IMG/VR virus record: IMGVR_UViG_3300010354_000096
Coordinates: 1 to 60,478 of that record
Source of the DNA: a virus
Taxonomy: Duplodnaviria; Caudoviricetes
Length of the DNA: 60,478 nucleotides
Strand: one strand, 5' to 3'
The notes under the pieces were generated by a model. The model saw nothing but the letters and a program-made list of their open reading frames with translations. It was not told where the DNA came from and did no database searches. Numbering within the stretch: position 1 is the first letter of the stretch; every line of letters begins with the position of its first letter. The position numbers and the translations under genes were made by a program. This document shows, one piece after another, positions 29,789-40,300 of the stretch.

Positions 29789-31072
29789 ATGATAAAGTCA
29801 TTTGATGTAAATAGATATATTATTACTCTATTAAAAGAATATGTTGAATTTATAAGAGCAGAAGGGTTTCCTAAGTTTGAAGATATTGGTGTTGTAGATG
29901 AAACTACTCCAACATCACCAAGACCTATACTTAGGTTTATAAATAACGGACCAGAAAAACCAAACACTTCTCTGATTTTTAAACGTTTGGATTTGAATGC
30001 CGATGTATCTGAACCAATAAAAGAATGGAGAACAACTGGATTATTTAGTTGTAATAATAGTGAAAGAATAAATACTTTTGTAAGTGGAACTGTGAGTTCA
30101 GACCATGAAAAATATTTCATGTCTATTTACAATAAACCAACTACACACCCAAATAGTTACCATGAATTTGATTTAACATACGCTCATATAAGTGGTTCAG
30201 GTTCTTCATATGAAGTAACTGTACTTACAGAACCGAGTGAATTATTACCTGCAAAAACAATGTTTCGTAAATATATGTTAGATTGTTTTGATACAGTTGA
30301 AGGTAAGTTTCCATTTAAGAATAATAAAAACGGAAATTATTTTTACGCAATACATTTTAATAGAAATTCATTTAAAGATAGATTAGATATTGGTAATTTT
30401 CAATTAACTTTAGCACCGATTTCTGTTACAGCTTCAGCAGCACCTGGTATAATTCCTGGTGAAACATTTCCTGATCCTTCTTCTTCTGTTATTTATACAC
30501 TAATAGATGATTCAATTGATGGTAAGGAATATGTTACTTATACTGAAGAATTAAAAGATTATTATTATTTAGTTTCTGGTTCTTTAAATGATGGTATTTA
30601 TGGAGAAAGTGAAAATGATGCGTGGGGTGTTGTTTTCCCAAGAAAAGGATTAATAATTCTTGATGGTGTTGTTCTCGATCAATCATGTTCTTTTAATACA
30701 GTTACCGCTTCTATTGATGGTGACAATATAAAGAAACTATTTTATTCTATTAGCGGTTCAGTAACACAAAATGCAGTTAGAACTGAAACTGGTTCATGGT
30801 GGGGAAGAGGTTCGAGCGAGTATATGACAGAAACTTATTTTTGTAGAGCATTACCATCAGAAATGAATTTTTCAAATAATCCAACGTATGTTTCTGGTTC
30901 TAATAAAGAATTGAAATATTTAACTATGAGAGACGAACCACAAACTTATATAACTTCTATTGGTTTATATAACAAGCAAAAAGAACTATTGGCTATTGGT
31001 AAATTAGAAAAACCATTACTTAAAAAGTATAATACAGAGTGTAATTTTCACGTTAGAATAAGGTTAAATTAA
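29789..31072 (+). CDS. baseplate paralog 4
   Basis: RLDIGNFQL, LIILDG, YITSIGLYNKQKELLAIGKLEKPL..IRLN. Confidence 0.65.
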   Translation: MIKSFDVNRYIITLLKEYVEFIRAEGFPKFEDIGVVDETTPTSPRPILRFINNGPEKPNTSLIFKRLDLNADVSEPIKEWRTTGLFSCNNSERINTFVSGTVSSDHEKYFMSIYNKPTTHPNSYHEFDLTYAHISGSGSSYEVTVLTEPSELLPAKTMFRKYMLDCFDTVEGKFPFKNNKNGNYFYAIHFNRNSFKDRLDIGNFQLTLAPISVTASAAPGIIPGETFPDPSSSVIYTLIDDSIDGKEYVTYTEELKDYYYLVSGSLNDGIYGESENDAWGVVFPRKGLIILDGVVLDQSCSFNTVTASIDGDNIKKLFYSISGSVTQNAVRTETGSWWGRGSSEYMTETYFCRALPSEMNFSNNPTYVSGSNKELKYLTMRDEPQTYITSIGLYNKQKELLAIGKLEKPLLKKYNTECNFHVRIRLN

Positions 31073-31073
31073 A

Positions 31074-32789
31074 GTGGCATTTCAATTTGGAAATAATATA
31101 AGTTTCGCTTGGAAACAATTAAAAGCAGGTGATTACACAGTAAGACATTTTCAAGCAAATAAAAAATGGAAATTTAGTACAATTTCTACTGATGGTGAAT
31201 ACTATGAAAATCAAGGTATAGCTATTTACCGTGCATTATATCCAGAAAACAATAAATACTTCGGTAATGTATTAAATTTATCATCAGATATGTACCGTAA
31301 TACATACACTTCCCAAAGTATTGACCCTAAGCAATTATGGTATTCACTCGACCACAATCATTATACAGTTTATTCTGATTACAGAATGTATGATTATTCA
31401 CTTGATGAAAAATACAAAGGTTATCTATGTGAAACTAGTTCTGTTTTTATGTTACCAATGAAAAATTTTGGTGAAGGTATAAAGAAAGGTTCTTTTTTTA
31501 TAAATAATTATAATACAAATCCTTCTTACAGTTATACAGTAGTAGATGATTCTTACGGTAATTTAATCGATAACACATTCGATACTACAAAATTTGTTAA
31601 TGAATCATACTGTTTGTTAAATGTGGGATTTAATGAAAAATATAGAGAATACAAATATAAAAATAATAAATCAATTTATGTATTAGATTCCTCTGCTCAT
31701 AACAATATTATAGGCATAACTAATACTAAAAAAATTACATATCATCCTGGTATTCCAACAACAGATACGGCAGAATCAACTGGTGTTTCTGCTGCACTTC
31801 ACGGAACATATTTGACAGTTGATAACTATGAAAAGTTTAATTTTAATCGTTCCAATAATTTTGCATTTAGTTTTTGGTTAAATGTACCAGCAAGTCAATC
31901 AATAGAAATATACGATCACAATTACTTATTTAACAAAAATAGAATAAAAATGTTACAAGTAGGTGATGATGTTATTGAAACTGGTTCATATTCTAATAGA
32001 TTTCCATTTGATATTTCATTAACAAATAGAACTGCTACAAATCCTTACTCAATTGTTTTCAAGCAAAATTCAGATATTGAAAATATGCAAGTAACATCAA
32101 GTATGTTAGCAACAGGAAGTTGGAATCATATAGTTTGTCAGAAAACAGGTAGCACATATCAAATATGGGTAAATGGTGCATTGAATTCTACAACTAATAA
32201 AATAATGACTAAGACTGTTAATAATGACCATAAATTTTATATAGCAGGTGACGGCACTAATGATAAAGTTTTATCTGGTTCATTAGACGAAATTAGAATT
32301 TATAATAAAGGTTTGACTTCAGATGAAGTTACTCATTTGTATAATAATAGTTCAGTAAACGGTTACGCATACCAAACAGCAAGAGTAGGTAATGTATTCT
32401 ATAATGAAGGTTTAGTTGTTATTTCCGATCCAAGACCCAAATATAAAAACGCACTTCTCGGAGCAAGTGGTTCTTATGATTATAGTGGTTTAACCAATGG
32501 ATTTAATGGTGAATATAAAAGTACAACTACTTTTTTTGAACATGAAATTATCTGTAAAATTCGTAAACATGAATATAATTTTACACAAAATCCCTCCATA
32601 TTTTCAGACATAAATTTTTCACCTTCATTAGTTGATACAAATGTAACACACAAAGATTTTAATCCGTATATAACTACCATTGGGTTGTATAATGAAGATA
32701 GAGACTTAATAGCAATTGCAAAATTGGCTAACCCGTTGATAAAGCGCGATGATGTTGATATGAATATTATTGTACGATTTGATATGTAA
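31074..32789 (+). CDS. baseplate paralog 5 with LamG/concanavalin-like domain
   Basis: FAFSFWL, WNHIV, IWVNG, LSGSLDEIRIYNKGL (LamG); C-terminal YITTIGLYNEDRDLIAIAKL..VRFDM. Confidence 0.7.
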   Translation: MAFQFGNNISFAWKQLKAGDYTVRHFQANKKWKFSTISTDGEYYENQGIAIYRALYPENNKYFGNVLNLSSDMYRNTYTSQSIDPKQLWYSLDHNHYTVYSDYRMYDYSLDEKYKGYLCETSSVFMLPMKNFGEGIKKGSFFINNYNTNPSYSYTVVDDSYGNLIDNTFDTTKFVNESYCLLNVGFNEKYREYKYKNNKSIYVLDSSAHNNIIGITNTKKITYHPGIPTTDTAESTGVSAALHGTYLTVDNYEKFNFNRSNNFAFSFWLNVPASQSIEIYDHNYLFNKNRIKMLQVGDDVIETGSYSNRFPFDISLTNRTATNPYSIVFKQNSDIENMQVTSSMLATGSWNHIVCQKTGSTYQIWVNGALNSTTNKIMTKTVNNDHKFYIAGDGTNDKVLSGSLDEIRIYNKGLTSDEVTHLYNNSSVNGYAYQTARVGNVFYNEGLVVISDPRPKYKNALLGASGSYDYSGLTNGFNGEYKSTTTFFEHEIICKIRKHEYNFTQNPSIFSDINFSPSLVDTNVTHKDFNPYITTIGLYNEDRDLIAIAKLANPLIKRDDVDMNIIVRFDM

Positions 32790-33196
32790 TGAAAAGAAAT
32801 GCAGTAGCAATAAAACATGGTTTCAGAAGTGGATTGGAAGACAATATAAATGATTCACTTCAAGAATCGAAAAAACAATTCGGTTATGAAACTGATAAAA
32901 TATCCTATATACAACCAGCAACAAAACACAATTATACTCCTGATTTTGTTCTTACTAAGAAAACAGGTGAGAAACTTTATATTGAATCAAAAGGTCGCTG
33001 GGTAAAAACTGACAGATTAAAATTTGATTTAATATTTGAACAATATTCAGAGATAGATATACGGTTTGTATTTCAAAATCCCAATGCAAAGTTATATAAA
33101 GGAAGTAAAACCACATACGCTCAGTATTGTGATAAGAAGGGTTGGAGATGGGCAAAGAAAGATATTCCAAAAGAATGGTTGGATGAGTGTTTGTAA
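32789..33196 (+). CDS. T7 endonuclease I-like Holliday-junction resolvase
   Basis: GFRSGLE, YTPDF, IESKGR, DIRFVF, TTYAQYC motifs; TAATG overlap with the upstream gene. Confidence 0.9.
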   Translation: MKRNAVAIKHGFRSGLEDNINDSLQESKKQFGYETDKISYIQPATKHNYTPDFVLTKKTGEKLYIESKGRWVKTDRLKFDLIFEQYSEIDIRFVFQNPNAKLYKGSKTTYAQYCDKKGWRWAKKDIPKEWLDECL

Positions 33197-33221
33197 TTGT
33201 CACAAATTTTTATTATATTTG
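33190..33221 (+). promoter_or_regulatory. Bacteroidota-type sigma-A promoter for the primase operon
   Basis: TTTG (33190-33193), 20 nt spacer, TATATTTG (33214-33221): exact match to TTTG-N19-21-TAnnTTTG. Confidence 0.7.
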
Positions 33222-33252
33222 TGATATAAACTATTCTATAAAAAGTGTTGTT

Positions 33253-34209
33253 ATGATAAATTATGATTTACTCAATTTGTTAGAAAAAGTTCTTGGTAAG
33301 GGACGAAAAACTTCTGGCAATAACTACTCTTTTTTCTCTCCGTTCATTTCCCATTATAAACCAAAATTAGAAATAGATTTAAGTGCATCGAACGATGGAC
33401 AGAATGTATGGCATTGTTGGGTGAGTAACGCTAAGGGTAGAAATATATCTTTACTATTCAAGAAGTTAAAAGTTGATCGGTCTTACTATACAGACTTAGA
33501 TAAAATTCTAAAGACTAAAAAACTTTATGTTTCTAATAAACAAGAAGCAAAAGAAACTGTATTGAGTCTTCCAACCGAAACCATTAAACTATATGAATAT
33601 GGAAAGATAAAAGATATTCAAACAAAAATGCAATTAAAACAGGCAATAGAATACTTGAAGAAGCGTGGAATTAGTAGAACTGATATAATACGATATGATA
33701 TTGGTTATTGCCCAAACGGTTCTTACTCTGGTAGAATAATTGTCCCATCGTATAATGATAATTTCAATTTGAATTTTTTTGTTTCTCGTTCTATTTTTGA
33801 TGAAGATACATTAAAATACAAAAATCCAAAATGGAGTAAAGATGTTATTGGTTTTGATTCGTTCATTAATTGGGATGAACCTATAACTTTAGTTGAGGGT
33901 GTATTCGATGCAATTAGTGCAAGATACAATGCTATACCACTTTTCGGTAAACTAATGTCAGATACATTAAAAGAAAAAATATTATTGCGTAAACCACCAA
34001 AGGTAATTGTTGCTTTGGATAATGACGCTAAGAAAGATACATTGAATATTTCAAGTTATTTGGTTGCAAACGGAATAAATGTTTCTATTGTAAACTTAGA
34101 ACAAAAAGATGTAAACGAAGTTGGATTTAAAGAATTCACTTCTATTAAAAGAAACAGTAAAAATACAGATACATACGATATTATTAAACAAAGGATTTTA
34201 AATGCTTAA
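33253..34209 (+). CDS. DnaG/TOPRIM-type DNA primase
   Basis: YLKKRGI, GRIIVP, KYKNP, LVEGVFDA, VALDNDA. ATG at 33253 preferred because the longer start overlaps the promoter. Confidence 0.85.
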   Translation: MINYDLLNLLEKVLGKGRKTSGNNYSFFSPFISHYKPKLEIDLSASNDGQNVWHCWVSNAKGRNISLLFKKLKVDRSYYTDLDKILKTKKLYVSNKQEAKETVLSLPTETIKLYEYGKIKDIQTKMQLKQAIEYLKKRGISRTDIIRYDIGYCPNGSYSGRIIVPSYNDNFNLNFFVSRSIFDEDTLKYKNPKWSKDVIGFDSFINWDEPITLVEGVFDAISARYNAIPLFGKLMSDTLKEKILLRKPPKVIVALDNDAKKDTLNISSYLVANGINVSIVNLEQKDVNEVGFKEFTSIKRNSKNTDTYDIIKQRILNA

Positions 34210-37200
34210 CTTACATAGAGTTATACACATCGCTGATATACATATTAGAAATTATAAACGCCATGAAGAATATGAAATAGTATTCAATCGATTATACGAT
34301 TATTGCCGTGAAACTGTTAGTAAACATAAAAATACTTTGATTTATGTTGCGGGTGATATTGTTCATGCAAAAACAGATATGAGTCCAGAGTTAGTAGAAA
34401 TGACGAGAAATTTTTTATTAAATTTATCTAAAATAGCAACTACTTTTTTTATAGCAGGAAACCACGATTGTAACTTAAACAATAAAGATAGAATGGATTC
34501 TTTAACTCCAATTTTCAATACGTTTAATAACAATAATAACTTATTCTACTTCAAAGAAACTGGCGTTTACCCAATGGGTAATGTAGACTTTGTAGTAAAT
34601 TCAGTATTCGATGATACTAAAAATTTCATTAAAGCATCCGATTTGGAAGATAACGGTAGAAAGAAAATTGTTCTTTATCATGGTGCAATTAATGCAGCGG
34701 AAACTGATACTGGTATGAAGTTACATAATACCGATGTTACTCTTGATTTATTTGAAGGGTTTGATTATGGATTTTTTGGTGATATTCACAGATTTCAATA
34801 TTTAGATTCAAACAAAAGATTTGCTTATCCAGGTTCACTTATACAGCAAAACTTTGGGGAAGATTTAAAACACGGTGTAATTGAATGGGACTTAACTAAG
34901 GGAACATCGAAGTTTGTAGAAATAAAAAATGATTTTGCTTACCACACATTAGAGGTTGAAGATGGAAAAATCAAAAATTTACCGCAAGAATTTTCAAAAA
35001 ATAATTACGTACGTTTACGTTCAATTAATACATCTAATTCGGACATTCATAAAGTCATTACCGAGTTAAAATCATTAGCGAACATTCTTGATGTTAAAGT
35101 ACAAAGAGTTGGTTCTTCTTCTGATAATAACACAAGCTCTCAGAATAAGTTGGGTGATATTAGAGATATTGCATATCAGAACACTTTAATTTCTAATTAC
35201 ATCAAAACTAACAACTTACCAGCTGATTCTAAATTATTAGAACGCATTTATGAAATTAATAGAAATGTAAATAAGCAAGTTGATGATAGTGATGTTGTTA
35301 GAAATTTAGTTTGGACTCCAAACTATTTTAAGTTTGAAAATATGTTTTCATACGGTGAGGGGAACGTTGTAAACTTTGATTCTATGAATGGTGTTTATGG
35401 TTTATTTGCACCGAATGCAAGTGGAAAATCTTCTGTGTTAGACGCTCTTATGTATTGTATTTTTGATAAATGTTCAAGAACATACAGAGCTATTCAAGTA
35501 ATGAATAACAAAAAAGATAACTTCAACTGTAAACTTAGCTTTAATATTGGTGAGCGTAATTATTTCATTGAAAGGGTTGCAACTAAGGACAAAAAGGGTG
35601 CTGTTAAGGTGGTGGTAAACTTTTGGTACTTAGATGGTGAGAACAAAGTTTCACTCAATGGTGAGGACAGAGACGATACAAACCGTATAATTAGAAAGTA
35701 TTTGGGGACATACGATGACTTTATTTTAACCGCAATGTCTGTTCAGGGCAATAATACTAACTTTGTTGATAAAGCACAACGTGAACGTAAAGACTTACTT
35801 GCTCAGTTTTTAGATTTAGAATTGTTTGAAGAATTACACACGATAGCAAATGATGATTCAAAAGGTGTAAGTACACTTATTAAAGAGTTTAGTAAGCAAG
35901 ATTATTCAACAAAAATATTAAGTGCAGAATCAAAACGTGATGAAGCAAAGACAATTTTATTGAATTTGAATTCTGAAAAATCTGAAATTGAAGAAAAAAT
36001 AGAAGGGTTCAATAATATAATTAGAGAAAATGAAAATAAATTAATACAAGTAGATTCTAATTTATCTCCTAACTCTTTACAAACACTTTTAGAAAAAGAA
36101 ATTTCAATTGATAGAAAAATAGATGAAACAATTCGCGGTATGAAATCGCTTGAATACGAATTGAAAGGTGCAAATGAAAGTCTTGATAGATACACACTAA
36201 TTCTTTCTGAGTTCAACAAAGAAGATTTATTAGAGCGTAGAAAGATGGTTGACGAAATTAGATTGAAACTTTCTAAGAATGAATCTGATTTGAGAAATAT
36301 AAAACTTCAAATTCAACATTGCGAAGATAAAGTAGATAATTTAAAGAATCATCAGTACGATCCAAAGTGTAAATTCTGTGTTGGTAATGTGTTTGTTCAA
36401 GATGCAAAGAAAGCTGAATCAAATTTAGTTGGATTAAATAAAGATAAAGATGATTTAGTTGCTGAAATTGAATTACTTGAAAAAGAATTCAAGAAAAATT
36501 CTAATGTTTATACTGAGTTGGATAGATTACAGAAGTCAGAAAACGATCAACATTTTCATCAAAAAACGGTATTTAATTTAGAAAAAAATATTTATAGTAA
36601 TAAAGAAACATTGAAAGGATTTGAAGAAGATTTAGTAAATGTTCAAAATAGAATATTAAAATTTAAAGAAAATGAAGAATCTATTAAAACAAATTCTTTA
36701 TTGATGGAAACTATAGAAGAATCTAAGAACTCTAAATCAATGTTTACTAAAGAGTTGAAGCAAATTGAAACAAAGATTATAGATTATAGTGGTGATATTA
36801 AAGTACAAGAAAGAATAATAAACGATTGTAATGAATCGATTGAAAAATTAAAAGAACTTGAAACTGAATATCTAGCTTATGATTATTATTTGAAATGTGT
36901 AAATAGAAACGGTATTCCGTACGCACTCATTGGTGACGCTTTACCGAAGATACAAGCAGAAACAAATAATATTTTATCTCAAATCGTTGATTTTCAAGTG
37001 ATTTTTGAGACAGATGGTAAGAGTATTAATACTTATATAGTATATGATGATGATAACTTTTGGCCATTGGAATTGACGAGTGGAATGGAAAAATTTATTT
37101 CATCGATAGCAATTAGAGCAGCACTTATAAATGTCTGTTCTTTGCCAAGACCAAACTTTATAGCGATTGATGAAGGACTTGGTACATTGGATTCAGGAGT

Positions 37201-37348
37201 TTTAACAAGTTTCTCTATGTTTTTAGAGTACCTTAAAACTCAATTTGATTTCGTCATATTAATATCGCACATTGATGTGGTTAGAGATATGGTGGATAAC
37301 CAGATTGAAATCAAAAAAGAGAATGGATTTTCAAAAATAGAAGGATAA
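34202..37348 (+). CDS. fused Mre11/SbcD nuclease - Rad50/SbcC ATPase (gp47-gp46-like)
   Basis: HIADIH, GDIVH, GNHD, GDIH phosphoesterase motifs; Walker A APNASGKSS; coiled coil with CKFC hook (36368-36379); TSGMEK signature, IDEGLGTLD, ISH. Confidence 0.92.
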   Translation: MLNLHRVIHIADIHIRNYKRHEEYEIVFNRLYDYCRETVSKHKNTLIYVAGDIVHAKTDMSPELVEMTRNFLLNLSKIATTFFIAGNHDCNLNNKDRMDSLTPIFNTFNNNNNLFYFKETGVYPMGNVDFVVNSVFDDTKNFIKASDLEDNGRKKIVLYHGAINAAETDTGMKLHNTDVTLDLFEGFDYGFFGDIHRFQYLDSNKRFAYPGSLIQQNFGEDLKHGVIEWDLTKGTSKFVEIKNDFAYHTLEVEDGKIKNLPQEFSKNNYVRLRSINTSNSDIHKVITELKSLANILDVKVQRVGSSSDNNTSSQNKLGDIRDIAYQNTLISNYIKTNNLPADSKLLERIYEINRNVNKQVDDSDVVRNLVWTPNYFKFENMFSYGEGNVVNFDSMNGVYGLFAPNASGKSSVLDALMYCIFDKCSRTYRAIQVMNNKKDNFNCKLSFNIGERNYFIERVATKDKKGAVKVVVNFWYLDGENKVSLNGEDRDDTNRIIRKYLGTYDDFILTAMSVQGNNTNFVDKAQRERKDLLAQFLDLELFEELHTIANDDSKGVSTLIKEFSKQDYSTKILSAESKRDEAKTILLNLNSEKSEIEEKIEGFNNIIRENENKLIQVDSNLSPNSLQTLLEKEISIDRKIDETIRGMKSLEYELKGANESLDRYTLILSEFNKEDLLERRKMVDEIRLKLSKNESDLRNIKLQIQHCEDKVDNLKNHQYDPKCKFCVGNVFVQDAKKAESNLVGLNKDKDDLVAEIELLEKEFKKNSNVYTELDRLQKSENDQHFHQKTVFNLEKNIYSNKETLKGFEEDLVNVQNRILKFKENEESIKTNSLLMETIEESKNSKSMFTKELKQIETKIIDYSGDIKVQERIINDCNESIEKLKELETEYLAYDYYLKCVNRNGIPYALIGDALPKIQAETNNILSQIVDFQVIFETDGKSINTYIVYDDDNFWPLELTSGMEKFISSIAIRAALINVCSLPRPNFIAIDEGLGTLDSGVLTSFSMFLEYLKTQFDFVILISHIDVVRDMVDNQIEIKKENGFSKIEG

Positions 37349-37367
37349 AAAACGTGGTTGAAATGAA

Positions 37368-40300
37368 ATGATTGAAAAGAAAAGATTTAAGCGTGATTTT
37401 ATAAATGTAAAAACAAGATATACAGAAACAAATAACAATTCTGCTAATATTTTGAATATTACTTTCATGCCAGAATTATTTACGGCAGGTAAAAATCTTT
37501 TCAGATTCAAGCCAAATCCCATGTTTATATCGGAAAAATTTCCAATTAATATTGAAATTTTGGATGCAAACGGAAAACCAATTTATCACGAAGTTTTAAG
37601 AAAAAAAGAAAGAGATAAATCAATAAATGTTGCCGTATATATTTATGATTCAACATTAATTGGTGGTTGTAGTATAACACTTCTTTGTACTGTTTACAGA
37701 GACTTAAACGGTATTTTATTACCAAAAAATGCAGTTACTAAATACAACTACAAATATATACACACACTCTCCGTTGATAAAACTAAAGTTAACGATAGTG
37801 AAATTATATTTGCAAAAGAACCAAAAATAACATTAGAAGAAAAGAAATTTTCAGTAGTAGAAGAAAAATTTACTAATCAAAAGCCAAGTGGTTCAATTGG
37901 TTTTGCAAAGTATTCATTAAAAGATTCTGTTCCAACTTTAACTAATTTTTCTAATAATTTTAGAAAAGAATTTGAAGGTGGTAAGATATTTTTTCCAACA
38001 CTTTCTTCAACAAGATTCCCAAACGTTGCAACCGCTTCGTTTGAATATTCATCATCAATAGTAGCGGTTATTAACCCAAATCAGTTAATACTAAAAGATT
38101 CAGTTTATTTTAGTGGTACAGATGGTGCATACAGACCAGTTTCTTCAATTGAAAATCAAGAATATAACATAAGTTATAACAACATAGCAGATAGTAGAAC
38201 AGTAACACAAAATGTAAAGTCGTATGCTAAACTTGATATTTCAAACCTTGAAACAGAAGTGGGTAATATTTCAAGTATAAAAGTTTCTGTAAAAAGTCCA
38301 AACAGATCAGCTCAAACGTATGAATTTGATGTTAATAAAAATAATTTGTTGGTAGATTCAGATTCTAATTTAATTGAAAATCCGATTGGTACATTTTCAA
38401 AAAGTGCTAGTTTGGATTTTGCAGGTGTTCCAACTACTTCTTCACTAAATACATATAACTTTTGGAAAACTGTTTCAGTTAATGGTGCACCTACTGCAAT
38501 TATAGGTTCTAGCTCTTATCAAACTTCACAATATGTTTTTGATTCTATATCAATAATTCCATCAGCAACAATGTCTGGTTCTCAAGAAATTATTCTTGAA
38601 CAAACAGGTTCTGCTGCAACTCAATTTTATAAAGATACTGTATATAAAGTAGCGTTTGATTACTATAACACAGATAACGTATTAGATACACGTGAGAAAA
38701 AAATTGCTGTTTATGCAAGTGGTAGTGCTTTCCGCAATAACACGGAATATGGGAGGTATTTAGGTAAAGTCCCAACCTACACAGGTGCGGAATCAGTTAA
38801 AAAAGATTTTGAATTAAGAATACCAGTTGATGAGAATGGTACTGGTGTTCTTAGATTTATGATGAGAGATGGTGCTAAAATTTCTAATATTCGTGTATCA
38901 TCGGATTCAGTTTATGGATTTACTCCAAATAGAGCTAGTGTATATGTTCCAATCGACCAATCATACAAAAATGAATACTTGGATTTTAAAATTCAGTATT
39001 TTAATAATACATTAAAAGAATCACAAGTTTCTTCTTCCGTTCAAGGTGTTTTCTTTGAAGGTGGTAATCAATACATTTACGGTGATGATAATATAATAAC
39101 TGGTTCTACATTTATTTCTTCATATACCGCAAGTGGTATTGAATTATTCAGTAATATATCTGGTTCATATTCTGGTTCTGCTATACAATCATATGGTTAT
39201 AATGGTATTGAAGTTGCTAAATTATATCAAACAACTGCTTCTAATTTTGGTTGGGGATTAACTGACGGAAACCCTTACTTTAGTTCCAGTTATCAGAAAA
39301 CTTCTATACAGATGATAAACGAAGCTGGAAACCTTATTGATTTTAGAGCAAATTCTGCTTCTTTTGATTTTGTTTTGGGTGGAGTTTCTTCTTCATTTTT
39401 CTTAGGAACAACGGGTTCTATTAACTCTAATTTTGGAGAAGGTGGAACACCAACTACTTATGCTAGTTATTCAGCAATTCAATCGTTTGTAAAATGGGAT
39501 GGAAGTAGAGTTGGATTAGGTGGGCCGATTGTAACAAATTTAGAATTTCAAAAATCACAAGATCCAGATAAAACTGGACAATATGTTTCTTCTTCCTTTT
39601 TGTTTGTTAGTACATCGAATACTCCACTCGGTGTTGATTTGTACTTTAGGCAAGACGGTAATTTAACAAAATTAAAATGGTTCGAGGCAGCGTTAAATTC
39701 TGGTATTTTATACGGTGGTTCACTCTCATATAGTGGAAACAATTTATATGTAAAAGGAGGTTCTGGTGTAATTGTTAATCATAACGCATCATTGATAACT
39801 GAAGTTAGTCCAATAATTTCATACGTTCAATGGAATGATATTACCGCAAGTATGACTAACATAGCAACTTCACAGAACACTTTTGTCTATATTGACGCAG
39901 CAGGAAATTTACAACAACAAACTTCAACTTTTACACCAACTCAATATCATAATTATCTTCCATTGGGTAGAGTTTCACACTATGATTATGCTAACATTAA
40001 TGGTGTTGCGAGTTTAGTTGAAACTACGTATGACGCAAACGGTCAACAGAGTGAATTTATAAGAGGATTTGGTCCATTAAAATTAAGTGGTATGAGTGTT
40101 TCTGGACAGACAGGAACACTAAGACTTAATGTTTCAAATGGTACATCCTTTAACTTGGGTGGATTTTATCAGCAAAATCCTGAAATGCCGAGTACATATG
40201 ACTCACCAACATATAATACATCAAGTATTATACGAATTTATAAAACAGCAACTGGATTTAATTTTGATAATAATGCAGGTTCTTATTATACTACAATAGA

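Noticed and set aside
33253-37348. Intein or intron in primase or Rad50
   Set aside because: No splice-junction or homing-endonuclease motifs seen; domain lengths are accounted for.
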